DNA from: Lama glama
Taxonomy: Eukaryota
Assembly: GCA_028534125.1 (NCBI GenBank)
Contig: CM052817.1
Span: 74,216,001-74,280,000 of the forward strand
DNA: 64,000 nucleotides
Direction of reading: 5' to 3'
The notes under the pieces are model-generated. The model searched no databases. It saw only the letters and a list, made by a program, of their open reading frames with translations, and was not told the origin of the DNA. Below, one piece after another: positions 39,850-52,445 of the stretch. The position numbers were made by a program, and so were the translations under genes. How positions within the stretch are numbered: the stretch's first letter is position 1; every line of letters begins with the position of its first letter.

Positions 39850-41500
39850 CTGTGCTGTCTTCTCACTCTCCTGCTGTCCTCTGTGAGGAAGATTTTTTCC
39901 CAAACGAATCTCTTGTTCCCACTCAGACCCAACAGTCTCCATCACTTGGCCCCATAGTTTTTCCTCTCTTCCCTTACGTTATCAGTCTTTCTATTCTTGA
40001 GTAATCCTGTTTCCTCTTCTGTCAAATAAGCTTCAGTTTTATTTATCACCAAAGTTAATTCCCTTGACCGGGTTAATCCCTGAAATTACTCCTTAGCACT
40101 GTGTCCGTCTCTCTTTTCCTATTTTATTAAACCAGCAAGGTTTTACATGTTATCTCCATTTATTCTTTAATCCCAAGAAAGTTTTTTCTTCTATTCATTT
40201 AGCAAGTATTTATCATATACCATTCTACTTCATGCAGTACGCTCAGCTACAATGATGTGGACATAACAGATGAGCCTGATCCTCATGGTCACTTCCCTAA
40301 CATGACTGAAACTCTGCTATATGGAAAACCAAGGCCTTTTCCCAGTCTTCATTTCTTCCTATTTCTCTGTAACATTGAACATCACACCTACCATTCCCTC
40401 CTTCGCAAAAATTCTCTCCCTCAGAGTTCAAAGCACTGCATTATTCCTTTTTGACATACCTTTCACTTCTCTTCAAGTAGTTCTATTTCCTCCTCTCATT
40501 CATCAAAATGCAGGTTTCCCTCCACAGCACTGTCCTGGGCTCTTTTTCCTGTCTATCTTCTCTCCTTTATGATCTTTTCCACTAATACAGGTTTTACCAT
40601 CATCTTTGTGCAGACAAGTCACAAATTGCAGCTAAAATGATTACTGCAGTTTTATTGATAAGAAAACCATGGCTTGGTGAAGTTAGGAAGTTTATCCAAG
40701 ATCACAAGGACTCGGAAGTGGCAGACACAGGTCTTGAATCTTGGCAGTCTGATTTCAGAGCAGATGCTCTTAACCTATACAGTACATGGCACCACTTCCA
40801 AGTCCCGTTCTCAAGGACCACACTCAATTTTCAATGGTCTCTCAGATGTTTCCACCTGAATATATAGCTTGTACCTTAAACACAAGTCAATTCATCATCT
40901 TCCTTCATCCAAATCAGTTCTTGATTTTGACTCCTCAATTTGTTATATTGAAAATCACAATTTTCCCCATGATTTCAACCTTGAAACCCCAGGCATCCTT
41001 GTATTCTCACTCCTTTCCCTTTACTGTCCTAAAGTTTCAGAATTTCAGTATCTCACGCTCAATGCCAATCCACCCTGCTTATTCACTGCTGCCAAGTAAT
41101 GTCTTAGAAGCCCTCTTTAATGTGTCTTCACCATATGTAAGACAATATTCTCAACCTGGCAGTCAAAGACCTTTACATCTTTTCAAGCTTTTTTTTCCTG
41201 ATTCTCCATCTTTTGCCCAAACATTACATGACTTTCTGCACCTCTATGTCCTTGCCCTTCTTCCTTCCTTCCAGTCATCTTAACTTCTACTCCCTCAATG
41301 CTTCCTTCCTTGCTTCCACAACTAAATGCCGCTACCTGGTACACTGAATGATTGTAATGCATTCTTCTGCTACTCATCTTTATCTCCTCTATAATTATTT
41401 GTGTGTATCTCCTATTCTCCAAGCCAAACAGTAAATTTTTTTCCTGGGAACTGAGCATATTTTATTGTTTTCATGCCTCCCACAGCCTGCTTTTGACAGG
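39850..41500 (+). mobile_element. Degenerate L2 fragments with an embedded reverse MIR (~40640-40780)
   Basis: Pyrimidine-rich L2-like segments (ggcctttt...tctctgtaacattgaac...accattccctccttc; ggttttaccatcatctttgtgcaga; tttccacctgaata). The MIR part reads gaagttaggaagtttatccaagatcaca...ggtcttgaatcttggcagtctgatttcagagc. Confidence 0.55.
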
Positions 41501-44299
41501 CACAATGCAAATGGGTTCCTTATGCCCAGTGCTAACCTGACTTTCCTTCATCATGAACAGTCGATACAAGCTATTGTATCCTCGTTATTATGTTAAGCTC
41601 CCAAATGTACAGAATCATGCAGATGGAAAGTGAGGTAGGTTTTATTTTCTTTGGGACAAAACAGGATATAAAATGTTTTACAGATAGAACATTTTTATAG
41701 GAATGGGGTTACTGAGCCACAGATCTAGCCAAATTCCAGTCCAGGTAATTTACTCCGTGCTCCCTAAATCTCTCTGCTATTTCAGCTGGGTAATGCTGCC
41801 TCCTGCACTCCCTGGCCCGGGAGGGCATGTGATGTGCACTATGACAAACAGCTGCAATGTGCCACTCAGGAGGACAGGCCTTACAGCACTGGGCACCGGA
41901 ATCCAAGGGTCCTTCACCCACAATCCACAAGCCCTGTGGGAGTCAGTCAAGAAACATCCTATATCCTTGAATGAAAGATGTTAAATAAGCATTCGTGTGG
42001 GCTACAAGGATTCTTCAAAACTCATTTCGTACTTCCCTTCCCACCTCTTCTCCCCAAAGCTTGCTACAGGAGTTCTGAATGAAGAATTTACATGCAGGAT
42101 GAAGGAAAAATCACCCTCTCAAAGCTAAGTGCTATTTTTAAAACTGACCCTGTGTGCATTCATTGTATATTTCTAATACTGATATCTCTAAATTTGGATT
42201 TATTTGGTTCAGATTATTCCAAAATATAAAATCTAAAATAGTTTCTTAAAGTTTGCAAAAGGTCAACAAATACTAATTTCACTTGAGAGAGTCATTTTCA
42301 CTTTGAAACAAAGGATTTCAGTGATCTTTTAGCCATCCCTGTGCATGCCTTAGGGTCTTCTCTTCATCAAGTCACTGGCAGAATATAGACACCGTGATTA
42401 TTAGCACTAAACAAAGGATACAATGCTATAATCAATTATTGGTTCTGTCAATACAAGATATGATATACATTTTATTTTTTTTCCTATCAAACAGACTTAA
42501 GGTTAACAATTAAATTTTGTTTTCCCCTTTACTGATCGTAAAATACATAGGAAGCAGGAAGCAAGGTCAATCCAAAGAATTTTTTTTCCAAAAATAATTT
42601 CCAAAGCACATAAATATTAGTGAAAGTAGGCCTCAATCCAATTTACAGGAGGCAAATAGTTCTCTGACACCATTTTTTGTTTTCCTTCTCCAATTCTACT
42701 AGAATGAAAACTGTACTGAAATCAGGAGCTCTACACTCAGGTAATAGGAGTAGACTTTGACCCTGAAATTCTGCTTGCAATCTGGAATTAGGATTTTTCC
42801 CACCCTACTAACTATACCAAACTTGAGTCATTACTTTTGAAGTCAATAGGAGGCCTTCTCCTGTATAAACAAAGCCCCTTCCTTGACACCAAAAAATTCT
42901 ACTATAAATTATGTATATACATTGAGTAAAACAATACTTCCTCCTTTAAACAAGTTATAACACTAATAAAACTGGTGGGACCTTACAAATTACAAAATTC
43001 TATAGATGCTAAGATCCCTTTAAAATGGGGGGGTGTTGGGCAGGTGGAATGCTGTATGGTTAAGCCTAGGTAAGGAGCTAAATATTTAAATTGAAGTTGT
43101 CTTCTAAGGGAATGAGAGACTTTTCCATTATTTAAGTGAAAGGAATAAATGACTATTTTCCAATCAAGAGCTTATGCTAAATTACATACAAAACATGCTA
43201 AATTACATACATCACAGAATTTACCTGTTAACTTCGCACTTTTCATAAAATAGTATAGTGTATACAAATCTTACTGCTAAAAGTTCTGGGTCCCTAAATA
43301 TTTATCATATATGATGTAGTTAAAGAGTCATTTATTCATTCACTTATTCAATAAATTACTGAAAGGTGCCAGGCACTATTCTAGACACTAGGAATTCAGG
43401 CAATGAATAATGTCGATAACATTTTTAGACATCTTTTGGTTTTAAACCAAAACCTACAAACACTTTTTATAACAGTCATTAATCTTAAATCACAACCGCA
43501 GAGACTATCTAGTTTTCTCTGTTATAAATCAAACGTAATTCCCTAGGGCACTTTAAATATTGGGTTTTTTTAAAGAATTCTCTAATTAATCCTTCTGTCC
43601 TTTATCTTTCACTTAGTCACTCCATTTTTTTGTACTGCCCCAAAGCTAAATAAAACAAAATGTGAGATAAGAGATAAGAAGCTTTTATTCCTCTCTTATC
43701 AGCTGTTTATCCCTTATGACTCAGAGTTGTAAAATCCCCTCAAACCACTTATTTAATACCTTCCAACAGATCTTGCTACACTTAATGATTCACTGAAAGA
43801 AAAAATGCCCATCTCTTTCCATCAGTTTTTGCCTGCTTTCATGAAACTTCATACCCAGTAAATTGATCATCAGGCTTAAAAAATATTTATCTACTTTTCA
43901 GTTCTCTCTTTATTGACTTTTTCTGATTTTCTTGCTTCTCATGATTTTTTAAAAAATAATATCCTATTAAATTACATCTTTTCTATCCATCTTTAAATTC
44001 AAAAGTGGTTATTTTCAAAACCCAGTTCAGACATCAGCTCTTCCAGTAAGTCTTCCCTAAATTTTCAGCAATCCAACAGTTACCTCCTTATACCCAGAAT
44101 GAGTAAACACTTCCATTGTGACACTTATCAGTCTCTTTGGTAATATACTTGACTCCACATCTATTTCACCTTGAAATGAAGGACCTTATCTTTGTACTTT
44201 TGTTTATCCAGCACTTAGCAGAGGGTGTGAAACAAGGTTAGTAACTGTTCTTTTGTTAAATTGAAATTGAAATGTAGAATTATGCTCCCCAAAATTCAG

Positions 44300-44790
44300 T
44301 TTCACTAGCATACTTGTTAGTGTACAAATATTACTGGTGGAAATGTACAACTTATAGGATGCAATCTAGCCACATTGATCAAGAATTTGATAATCCAATC
44401 CTCTAATCCATTAATTCTCCTTCATGAATATTTCCTAAGAATCAGAAATATGAAAAAGTTTTACAAACCAATATTTACCATTATGTCATTTACAACAGCA
44501 AAGAACAAATTTAAAAAAAAACTAGCAACACTAAAACTGATGTTTTTCTCAGTGAAGTGTAATTCAAAGGAATTGTAGTAACACAGGGAATTTTAATAAT
44601 ATTAAGCAAAGAAGTAGGACACAAAATTGTATATTTTAGTCTAGTATTCTGACAAATTAAAAAGACAAAAATAAAGAAGACAAAATGCTAACGGTGATTG
44701 TTTGGGGTAACTGAACTATGAATGTGTCTCCTTTCTTTTTTTCTGTATATTCCTCAGATTCTGTAATTAGAATATGTATGTTTTTATAAT
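44300..44790 (+). mobile_element. Ancient L1ME-like 3' fragment
   Basis: actggtggaaatgtacaa; ccattaattctccttc...gaatatttcctaag; gacacaaaattgtata; tgctaacggtgattg; terminal ttttctgtatattcc...tgtttttataat. Confidence 0.5.
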
Positions 44791-47700
44791 ATAATAATAT
44801 AATATTTTATATATAAGTAATATATATGTACAGTATTTTTAACCAAATTGGTAATAAATGCATCAGAAGTATGTCCAAAGTATACAATTCTCTAATATGA
44901 ATATATATGTAACTTTCAATATACAATTTACTTTGCAAAAATAAGATTTATCATAAATGAAGTTTCTACAAAATGGCCAGAAGGTTCAGCTGAACTAATT
45001 TCACAAATCACTTCTGCCCCCATGATCACAGCCTTTACACTGCCATTTAAAAATATAACTGGAATACATTAATGAGAAGAGCGTATTTCCTAATTATATA
45101 ATATACACTTTAAAGTGCTTTAAAATATGTGTTCTGTTTTAAAGACCTTCCAATATTGAAACAAGTGCACTTTCCAGTCCTTTTCACCAAGATTTTGAAT
45201 TGACGGACACAGTGGTTTTAACAGCTGGCCTCTAACTGCCTTTCCTAGAAAATCATATAATCACTCTAAACAAATAATATCCATGATTTGTATATCCAAA
45301 CTTTATAAATTATCACCAAAATGCTTTTAAAAATGAGTTTGGTTAAAAGATAAGTAAAAAAGTAACCATCTCTGGAGAATGAACCAAAAATTTTAAAACC
45401 CAAATATGTCAAAGTAATATAATTGACATGAATCTGGCATTACTGAAGTAGTACTGATGACACAAACGTCACCCCTTGGTATCGAGCCACTTCACTTTAC
45501 ACAGCTAAAGAAAGCAATAAGAATTTGCACATGGTTGCTCAAAAGTTTACTGAATTAAACAAAATTATCTCCAACAAAGAGTAATTTGTCATCAGAAAAC
45601 TAATGGAATAAACTGGGAATTATGAATAATTGGGAGTTAATTTATTCAATTAGTGTAAGCTATCTGACACAAAGCTTCAACTCAGTTTTCATTATTTCAT
45701 GTGTCAGGGTCTCTCTTTGTTAATCATATGTCTATTTCAAGAGACAGAAACATTTGCTCATTTGTTCATTTGTCCACTCATTCAACAAACATTAACAAGT
45801 ATATGCAATACTGTAATTAGCATGCTAGGCACAGATTCAAAGATAAGTTTAAAAATGTCCACAAGATGTTTGAAAATTACCACATAAATAACTGCAATGC
45901 AAAGGGAGAAATGTGATAAGCTCCTTAAGGAACGTGAAAAAGCTACTCAAAGGATGAAAAAAAGAGTCACATCTGGCTGGAGAAGGGAAGGAGGGGTAAG
46001 AGGAAGTTAGGGACAGCTTCAAGGAGGAGGCAGCACCTGAACTAGGTCTTAAAGGAGAGAGGATTTCAACAGTACTAGGTGTACTCAATCCATCTGGAGG
46101 GTGGAGCCAGACTTCTTCCTTTGACCATGTTGCTTACTTTGCCTGGGCAACCATTTCTCCCTTTTCTACCAGGCTCACTTACCATTCTAAACACAACCTC
46201 ACACAGAAATCTCTTCAAGAAATCTGTGATACCAACCACCGCTAACCCACATCTACACTGAAAGCCTTGTGCATACCTCCATTAGAGCCCTCAAAAGCTA
46301 CGTATACTGTATTTGCCAGGCTGCCGTCCACATTAACAGACCAGGAAATCCTTGAGGGCAGAGTCTATCTTTCAAGACCTCTACCTCCATATCTTATCAA
46401 ATGCTCAGAACAGTGAGTACTTAGAAGTCTAATGATAAAGTGAATAAATGAATAAAAACCAGTGCAGCTATCAACTGGAAAACCTGTGTAGGAAGCTATT
46501 CAAAACAGCTGAAGAGGAAAAGAGTTCAAATTAGAATGGTGAAAAAGAAGAGACGGAAATGGAGTTGAAATGAGCTAAGGAAAAGAAAGGAATCAAGCCT
46601 GCTGGAAAGCCTGGGGAAATCATGGCATCATTCGCAGAAGGGGAACATTGGTGAGTCCCCTGGGGACATGTAGTTTGGGCCTGAATTACTAATGAACACA
46701 CTTCAGCAGAAATTCAAGTTATCCAGAGCACAGCCTCCAAAAATCGCAGAACGATTTATTTGCCAAAACATCAAATTTTAATTTAAACACTAATGCCATA
46801 ATACGGCATATCTCAAATCTCTATAACTTTCTTATAAGACAGAATAAAAATCTGATTAAATTTCACTTACTGTATTTATCTTAAGTTAGTTTTACATAAC
46901 TTACTCTTGACTTCAATGTGTATATATCACAAATGACGTTTTTTCAAAAGTAATTTCTTATTCCTAAAAATATTCCAAATAATGTAAGCCTTCCCTAAAG
47001 GGACGAGGTAAAATTATATACTAATATGAGAGCTAATACATTTCATAAATTCATACATATACAACTCAAAATGGGATACAGTTTATCTAATGAGTGCATA
47101 GTTTTTCCACTGGCAACTAATTTATCAACTAAGATCAACCAGTGAATTATAAAATCCCAGAGTATAGGGAAATGAGAGTTGTCTCTCCTAAAAAAGTTAG
47201 GTATATTGATAAATTCTTGGAACAAGGCAAGGGATAGGAATCAGCAAGAGGCACACAAACAGTTTAAAAGTAGAAGGAATGTTCTAGTTATTAAGTTGGG
47301 TGGAAGTTTACTGGGGGTGCATAATTACTGTTTTATAATTAGGTATTTATAATTGCATATGTCAAATTTTATGTAATAAAAACATTTTAATCCCTATGTA
47401 ACCTAACAAAAAGTAGAGAACCTCAGGTAGAACAATGAACTGCATATAAATAATATGTAACAATTTTTTATGTTTATCTTTATACTACTAGCTGTTTCTG
47501 AGTTATTTTTTCAACAAATCAATTTAATGTTATATTTTTCTTTCGGTTGCCACAACTTTGTGTGAATGTGACACACACAGCAGTGCTGTCTGAGAAGAAA
47601 CAAAACAAACAACTGTTTTCCACTCTTCTGATTAAACAAGATGAGCTAGAGAAGGAGAATGGCTCTCTGAGTAGGTTTCTCTGGGCTTTGGTTAAGGGCT

Positions 47701-50700
47701 GAGTTTTTCTTTTCAGCAACAAGTAAATTATTTAGAAGTAATCCGACAAATTATTATTAATCAGTTAACAAACTAAGTTCACCAAAACATTTCTTCTGTA
47801 GTCATTTTCCTACCATTTTAATGAGTTTTCATTACATTGTTTTCCCTAAAAAACAAAAAAACAAAAAACACCAAAAGATCTTCTGAATCTTCAGTTTGAT
47901 CTTATGTTACTGCAGCAATTAAAACACTCTCTTTTCTCACAAGCTGGAATCCAAGATATATTTTCCCCAAAGAAATACTCTATTCTATTTCCATACATTG
48001 CATTGGAAATTTAAAGATGTATAAGGCATAGTTCTTTTTATAAAGGACCCTGAATTTAGTAGGGAGATCAGTCAAGCACATACAGATCTGTACAGAAAGG
48101 TTGTAAGCTCTCTGTAACAGCAATCAATGGGATGTGATGGTGGAAAGATTCAAGCTTTAGAGCCAGAGAAAACTGGGTTGAAATTCTTGCCTCTACCATT
48201 TACTAACTCTATTTAAAAATGGAGGTAATATTGTCTATCTGGAAAGCTGCAGTGTGGATTAAATTATGTATCTGTCACTTAGAAGGTTCTCTTTAAACAA
48301 TGGCTATTAACATTTCTATTTTATTATTATTGTTGATTTTGGTAGTAATAAGCAAAGTTCTAAGAAGTTAAAAGGAAAATGTAGTATTAGAAAAGAGGTT
48401 CACCTAACCAAAAAAAAATTGATATTTAAAATCCAAACCAAAGTAGTGCTTTCTACCCTCCAAACCTACCAGTTTCCCCATCCTAAATAAGAGACAGGCT
48501 ATTGCAAATGAAAGGTCTACGAATTCACCTTAAGAAGTATTGTTATATTTACTTTAATTGGGAGCATAGGAATTTTGTCACCAAAAAAATTTCCTACCAC
48601 AAAAGTAACTTTATACTGATAGCTGCAAACACACCACGTGAGTAAAATAACATTTCATTGTAATAGATATTTAAACTATTTTGAACACCTTCTCCAAATT
48701 GTTTACCTAGACTTTGGTACTTGAACCCCATCTGCATTGCGTTTTTAAAAAATTTAAATCCATAATATATAAAAGCCTTCCTTCAATCTCCCTAGACAAA
48801 AATAATCTTTCCCTCCTTTGAAAATTCACAGCACTTTACTCATGCTAGACTTAAAACACCATTTACGTCTTCCATGATGTCTATTTGTGTAGATGACCTT
48901 ATTTTTCCTAACACTCTGCCCATTATAATCATTAAATATTTATAAAATAAAAACATAAAATGAGGTCACCTTTGTGAATGTGCTTAGTAATGTATAAAGT
49001 AGCATGACACATGAAGTATAAAGGTATATTTTAGAGTAAAAATATTTTGCTAAGATTCCATTTAATATCTCACAGAATAGTTTACTAAATGATGCTAATA
49101 TAACGTAAAAGCTTTAACCTAGCCTTCCATGTAAACAAGCATTAACTGACTGCCAATAATTCATAAAAAACACTGTACATACTATACCCTAATAAGTGAG
49201 GCGGGTCAGATGTCAACAAAAATATCAGCCTAGCCCTAGAGACACTAGGAGTTGGCCTGCCTCAGTATCAGCCCAAGGAAAAGACTTAAAATTTAATTAA
49301 AATTCGAGTTAACAAAAGAAGCTAAATGCCTAAGAAAATCCTAGTATATGTTTAATATTAATTCATGATTATTACAATTGAAAAAATTCATAAAAAAATT
49401 TTTACACTGAGTTGATTTAATATTTCAATGAAAATGAAAAGTATTAATCTAATTGTATAGACAATCAAGGTTCTCAGGGTGTTCAATTCCTATTGAATGA
49501 TCAGTCAGGTAGAAGTGATACTGCTTAACACCATAGTGAAGTACCTGACAAAGGTACCACATTCTTTAAGAATTCTTAAATTCTTAAAGAACCACATTCT
49601 TTAAGTTTTCCTTATTTAATGATGCTAGAATTTTGAAAGTGTTTTTATTATTTCCTGGAAATGTAGATAGATAAATAAATAAATAAATAAAGAAATATAA
49701 ATATCTATCTATCTCCTAACTACTTTTGAATGAAATAATTTTATTCATCAAAAGAGGAAAATAAATGTCTAATACTAAAGCCTATGTAAATATAACTAAA
49801 CATAACTAAAGGACACTAAAGTATAAGGATGATATACCACTTTGGGTTTCAAAAATTGAAGAGTTGTAGAGATTCCAAATACAAAAATAAAATGATTTAC
49901 TAATTTTTCTGAAAGTATTGTTTGAGCTGACAAACTTGCAAAAGTTAATATTTACCCAATTAGTTCCATATTGCCAAATCAATAATGCGTAATCAGAACA
50001 ACTTGATTCACCTATATCGTCTCAGTTCTACTTCCAATTCAAGACAAGTGACCATGAGGTTGACAAATTACAGTAATTTCTTGGCTGTCTGGATGCCAAA
50101 AAAGGAAAAAAAAAAATGTAACAAGAGTTACTGACATCCCTATTAAAACAAAGACTACTTAGGGATATAAATGCAATATTCAGATTTCATAGCTAAGACC
50201 TAACTTTGTGTTCATGGTCAAATAGTCTTTTAAAGTCCTAACTCATGTTCTGGTAATACCATCAATTTAGGAGTTAACAAAACTAGCAATATCAAAGATG
50301 GCCAAAATCATTTAACTGCATTATATCTGAAGTTTTACAGAATGTAAAATGAAACCCCTTCATAACTTTAGCAACAGAGGTAAAATATAATTGTAATAAC
50401 ATATATTATTTCAAGCTTCTACTGTAATTTATTATATTTTACAAAAAAATGACTTGTGGCACATCACCGACTTTATGTAATAAGTGGTTTCTAATTATCA
50501 AAAAATACACTGGGAGATGAACACCAAGAAGTCATTAGTACCATAAAAAAATCTTTTCCACAGGGAGGCTTTAAAATGCAAAATAAAACACACGTACAGC
50601 TTCTGAAGACATCTGCCATCAGAACCAGGAGTCGACTGGATTCTCAACTGCAATCACAGCCCTTCATGGACTTTACATAATCTGACAATACCTTACAGTT

Positions 50701-51959
50701 ATACAAATGTCAAAGTAGACAAACTATCAAAACAGCAGGGCAAATTAGCACTTGTTAAGTACTAACCTAATTGATCAAAATGATACAATTTCTAATTCTC
50801 AATTTAATATGAGGAAATTCTATTATCACTATCCACCATTTACTAAGCATTCTATTCCTAGCTGACCAAAAAAGTGTTTAAAAGACAGAAATTACATGTA
50901 ACCTATCAGATGCTTGAAACATTTCTACGCTATTTTTTACTTTAAAAACAAGCTACATTACATGAATGTATTTATCTATCTGATCAGTATCCTGTAATGA
51001 ATGCCCTTTGCATGCACGTGCTAACTCAGAAGAAATTCTTCAACAGACTGAGTCTCCCAAATATGGTGTGTGTGACTAACAGCTGAGAGGAAATGCAACT
51101 GAAACTGTCTGCTGGAAATCCATTAAAACCTAGGCACAGAAAAACTGGGTGACAGTATAGTTGGATGTGCAAATTTATGCAGGAATATAGCCAAATTTTT
51201 GGCAATTCCCTCATGGTCTTAGATGTATTGACAATGGCCTTTCTTTTTCACCTGTAAAGTTACATTTAAAGAATATTACTTTGAGTTGGAGGACCTGCTT
51301 AGACTTCAAAACAAGTAAGCTTAAAGCTTGGATTTACAAAGGCATGATATTTCAAATAATACAAACAAAAATCTGTACAAAAAATTACATGTTCCACAAA
51401 AACTGCCATTTGCAACCAAAAAAAATCATTACCTTAGGGGGGAAAAATCATTCTATTCTGCATTTCATTCTACAATTCCCTTTATATATATTATTTTAAA
51501 TTTTTTTCTGCAGAAGAAGTTTTTTTAGGATCATTATATTCTGAGAAGGGAGTGTTTTGAAAGAATTCATATTTTTAAGCGTGTTTTCTCAATACACTAC
51601 TTTACAGATTTCTTTACACCCAGTATTTGTTTGTTCTTAGGAATGAACTAGGTATCTAATTCCTTTACAAACATCTAATAACCACACCTGATAACTAGTC
51701 ACTCTGTACAGAGCCCCTCCTATGTCCTCAATGTTGTAAAATGTTATACTGAAAAAGTGAAAGCATGGTATTTTTCCTTTAAGAGTTTGTAGCTTAATAT
51801 GAGTATAGATTTAACAAACGTACACTTTCAAAGGTATAAACATTCTATAAATAGCTCTACTTTGTGTGGCAATATAAAATAAATTGAACATTTTGAAGGA
51901 AAAGTACTATAATATTTTACAGGTGAGACGTAATAGGTACAATTGACACAGCACTTTGC

Positions 51960-52445
51960 AATTTAAGAAGTGATTCTCAAAATCCGCTGACTACTCAAAA
52001 CCACCCATGAAACCCTACGGGGATTTTTTACCCTCATTTTATTGAAAGAGCCACCTGAGATCAAGAAAAGGTAATTCACTGAACCAAATTTACACACAAA
52101 GTAGTAGAGCCAAGATTCAAATTGGGTTCTCATAGCTAAATCAAGGCTGCCACTGGATTTATAATTCAAGTTCCATCATATAAATAATTTCACTTCAACC
52201 TTACAAAAACCCAATGAGATAACAGCAGCTAATATTCATTAAATGCATATTACATAGCAGGCGCTGTTCTACTATACTAACCCACTCTGTCACAAAACCC
52301 TATAAAAGGAAGGATTATGTTATTAATCATTTTACAGATAAGAAAACTGAGGCTCACAGAAAATATGTAAACTGCCCAAGATCACACAGCTAATAGGTAG
52401 GGGAATCAGAATTTAAATCCAGAGCATCTAGTTCCAGCACGTTCT
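51960..52445 (-). mobile_element. Two tandem reverse MIR remnants
   Basis: ccctcattttattg...ctgagatcaag...gagccaagattcaaa and catttt acagataagaaaactgaggctcacag...actgcccaagatcacacagctaa...gaatttaaatccag. Confidence 0.75.

Noticed and set aside
40786..41283. 165-aa ORF
   Set aside because: Lies in pyrimidine-rich L2 remnants and shows no recognisable protein similarity or exon structure.
42132..51854. Isolated MEF2-consensus sites (CTATTTTTAA 42132, CTATAAATAG 51845) and scattered AP-1 sites
   Set aside because: Tens of YTAW4TAR matches are expected by chance in 64 kb of AT-rich DNA, and there is no supporting cluster.
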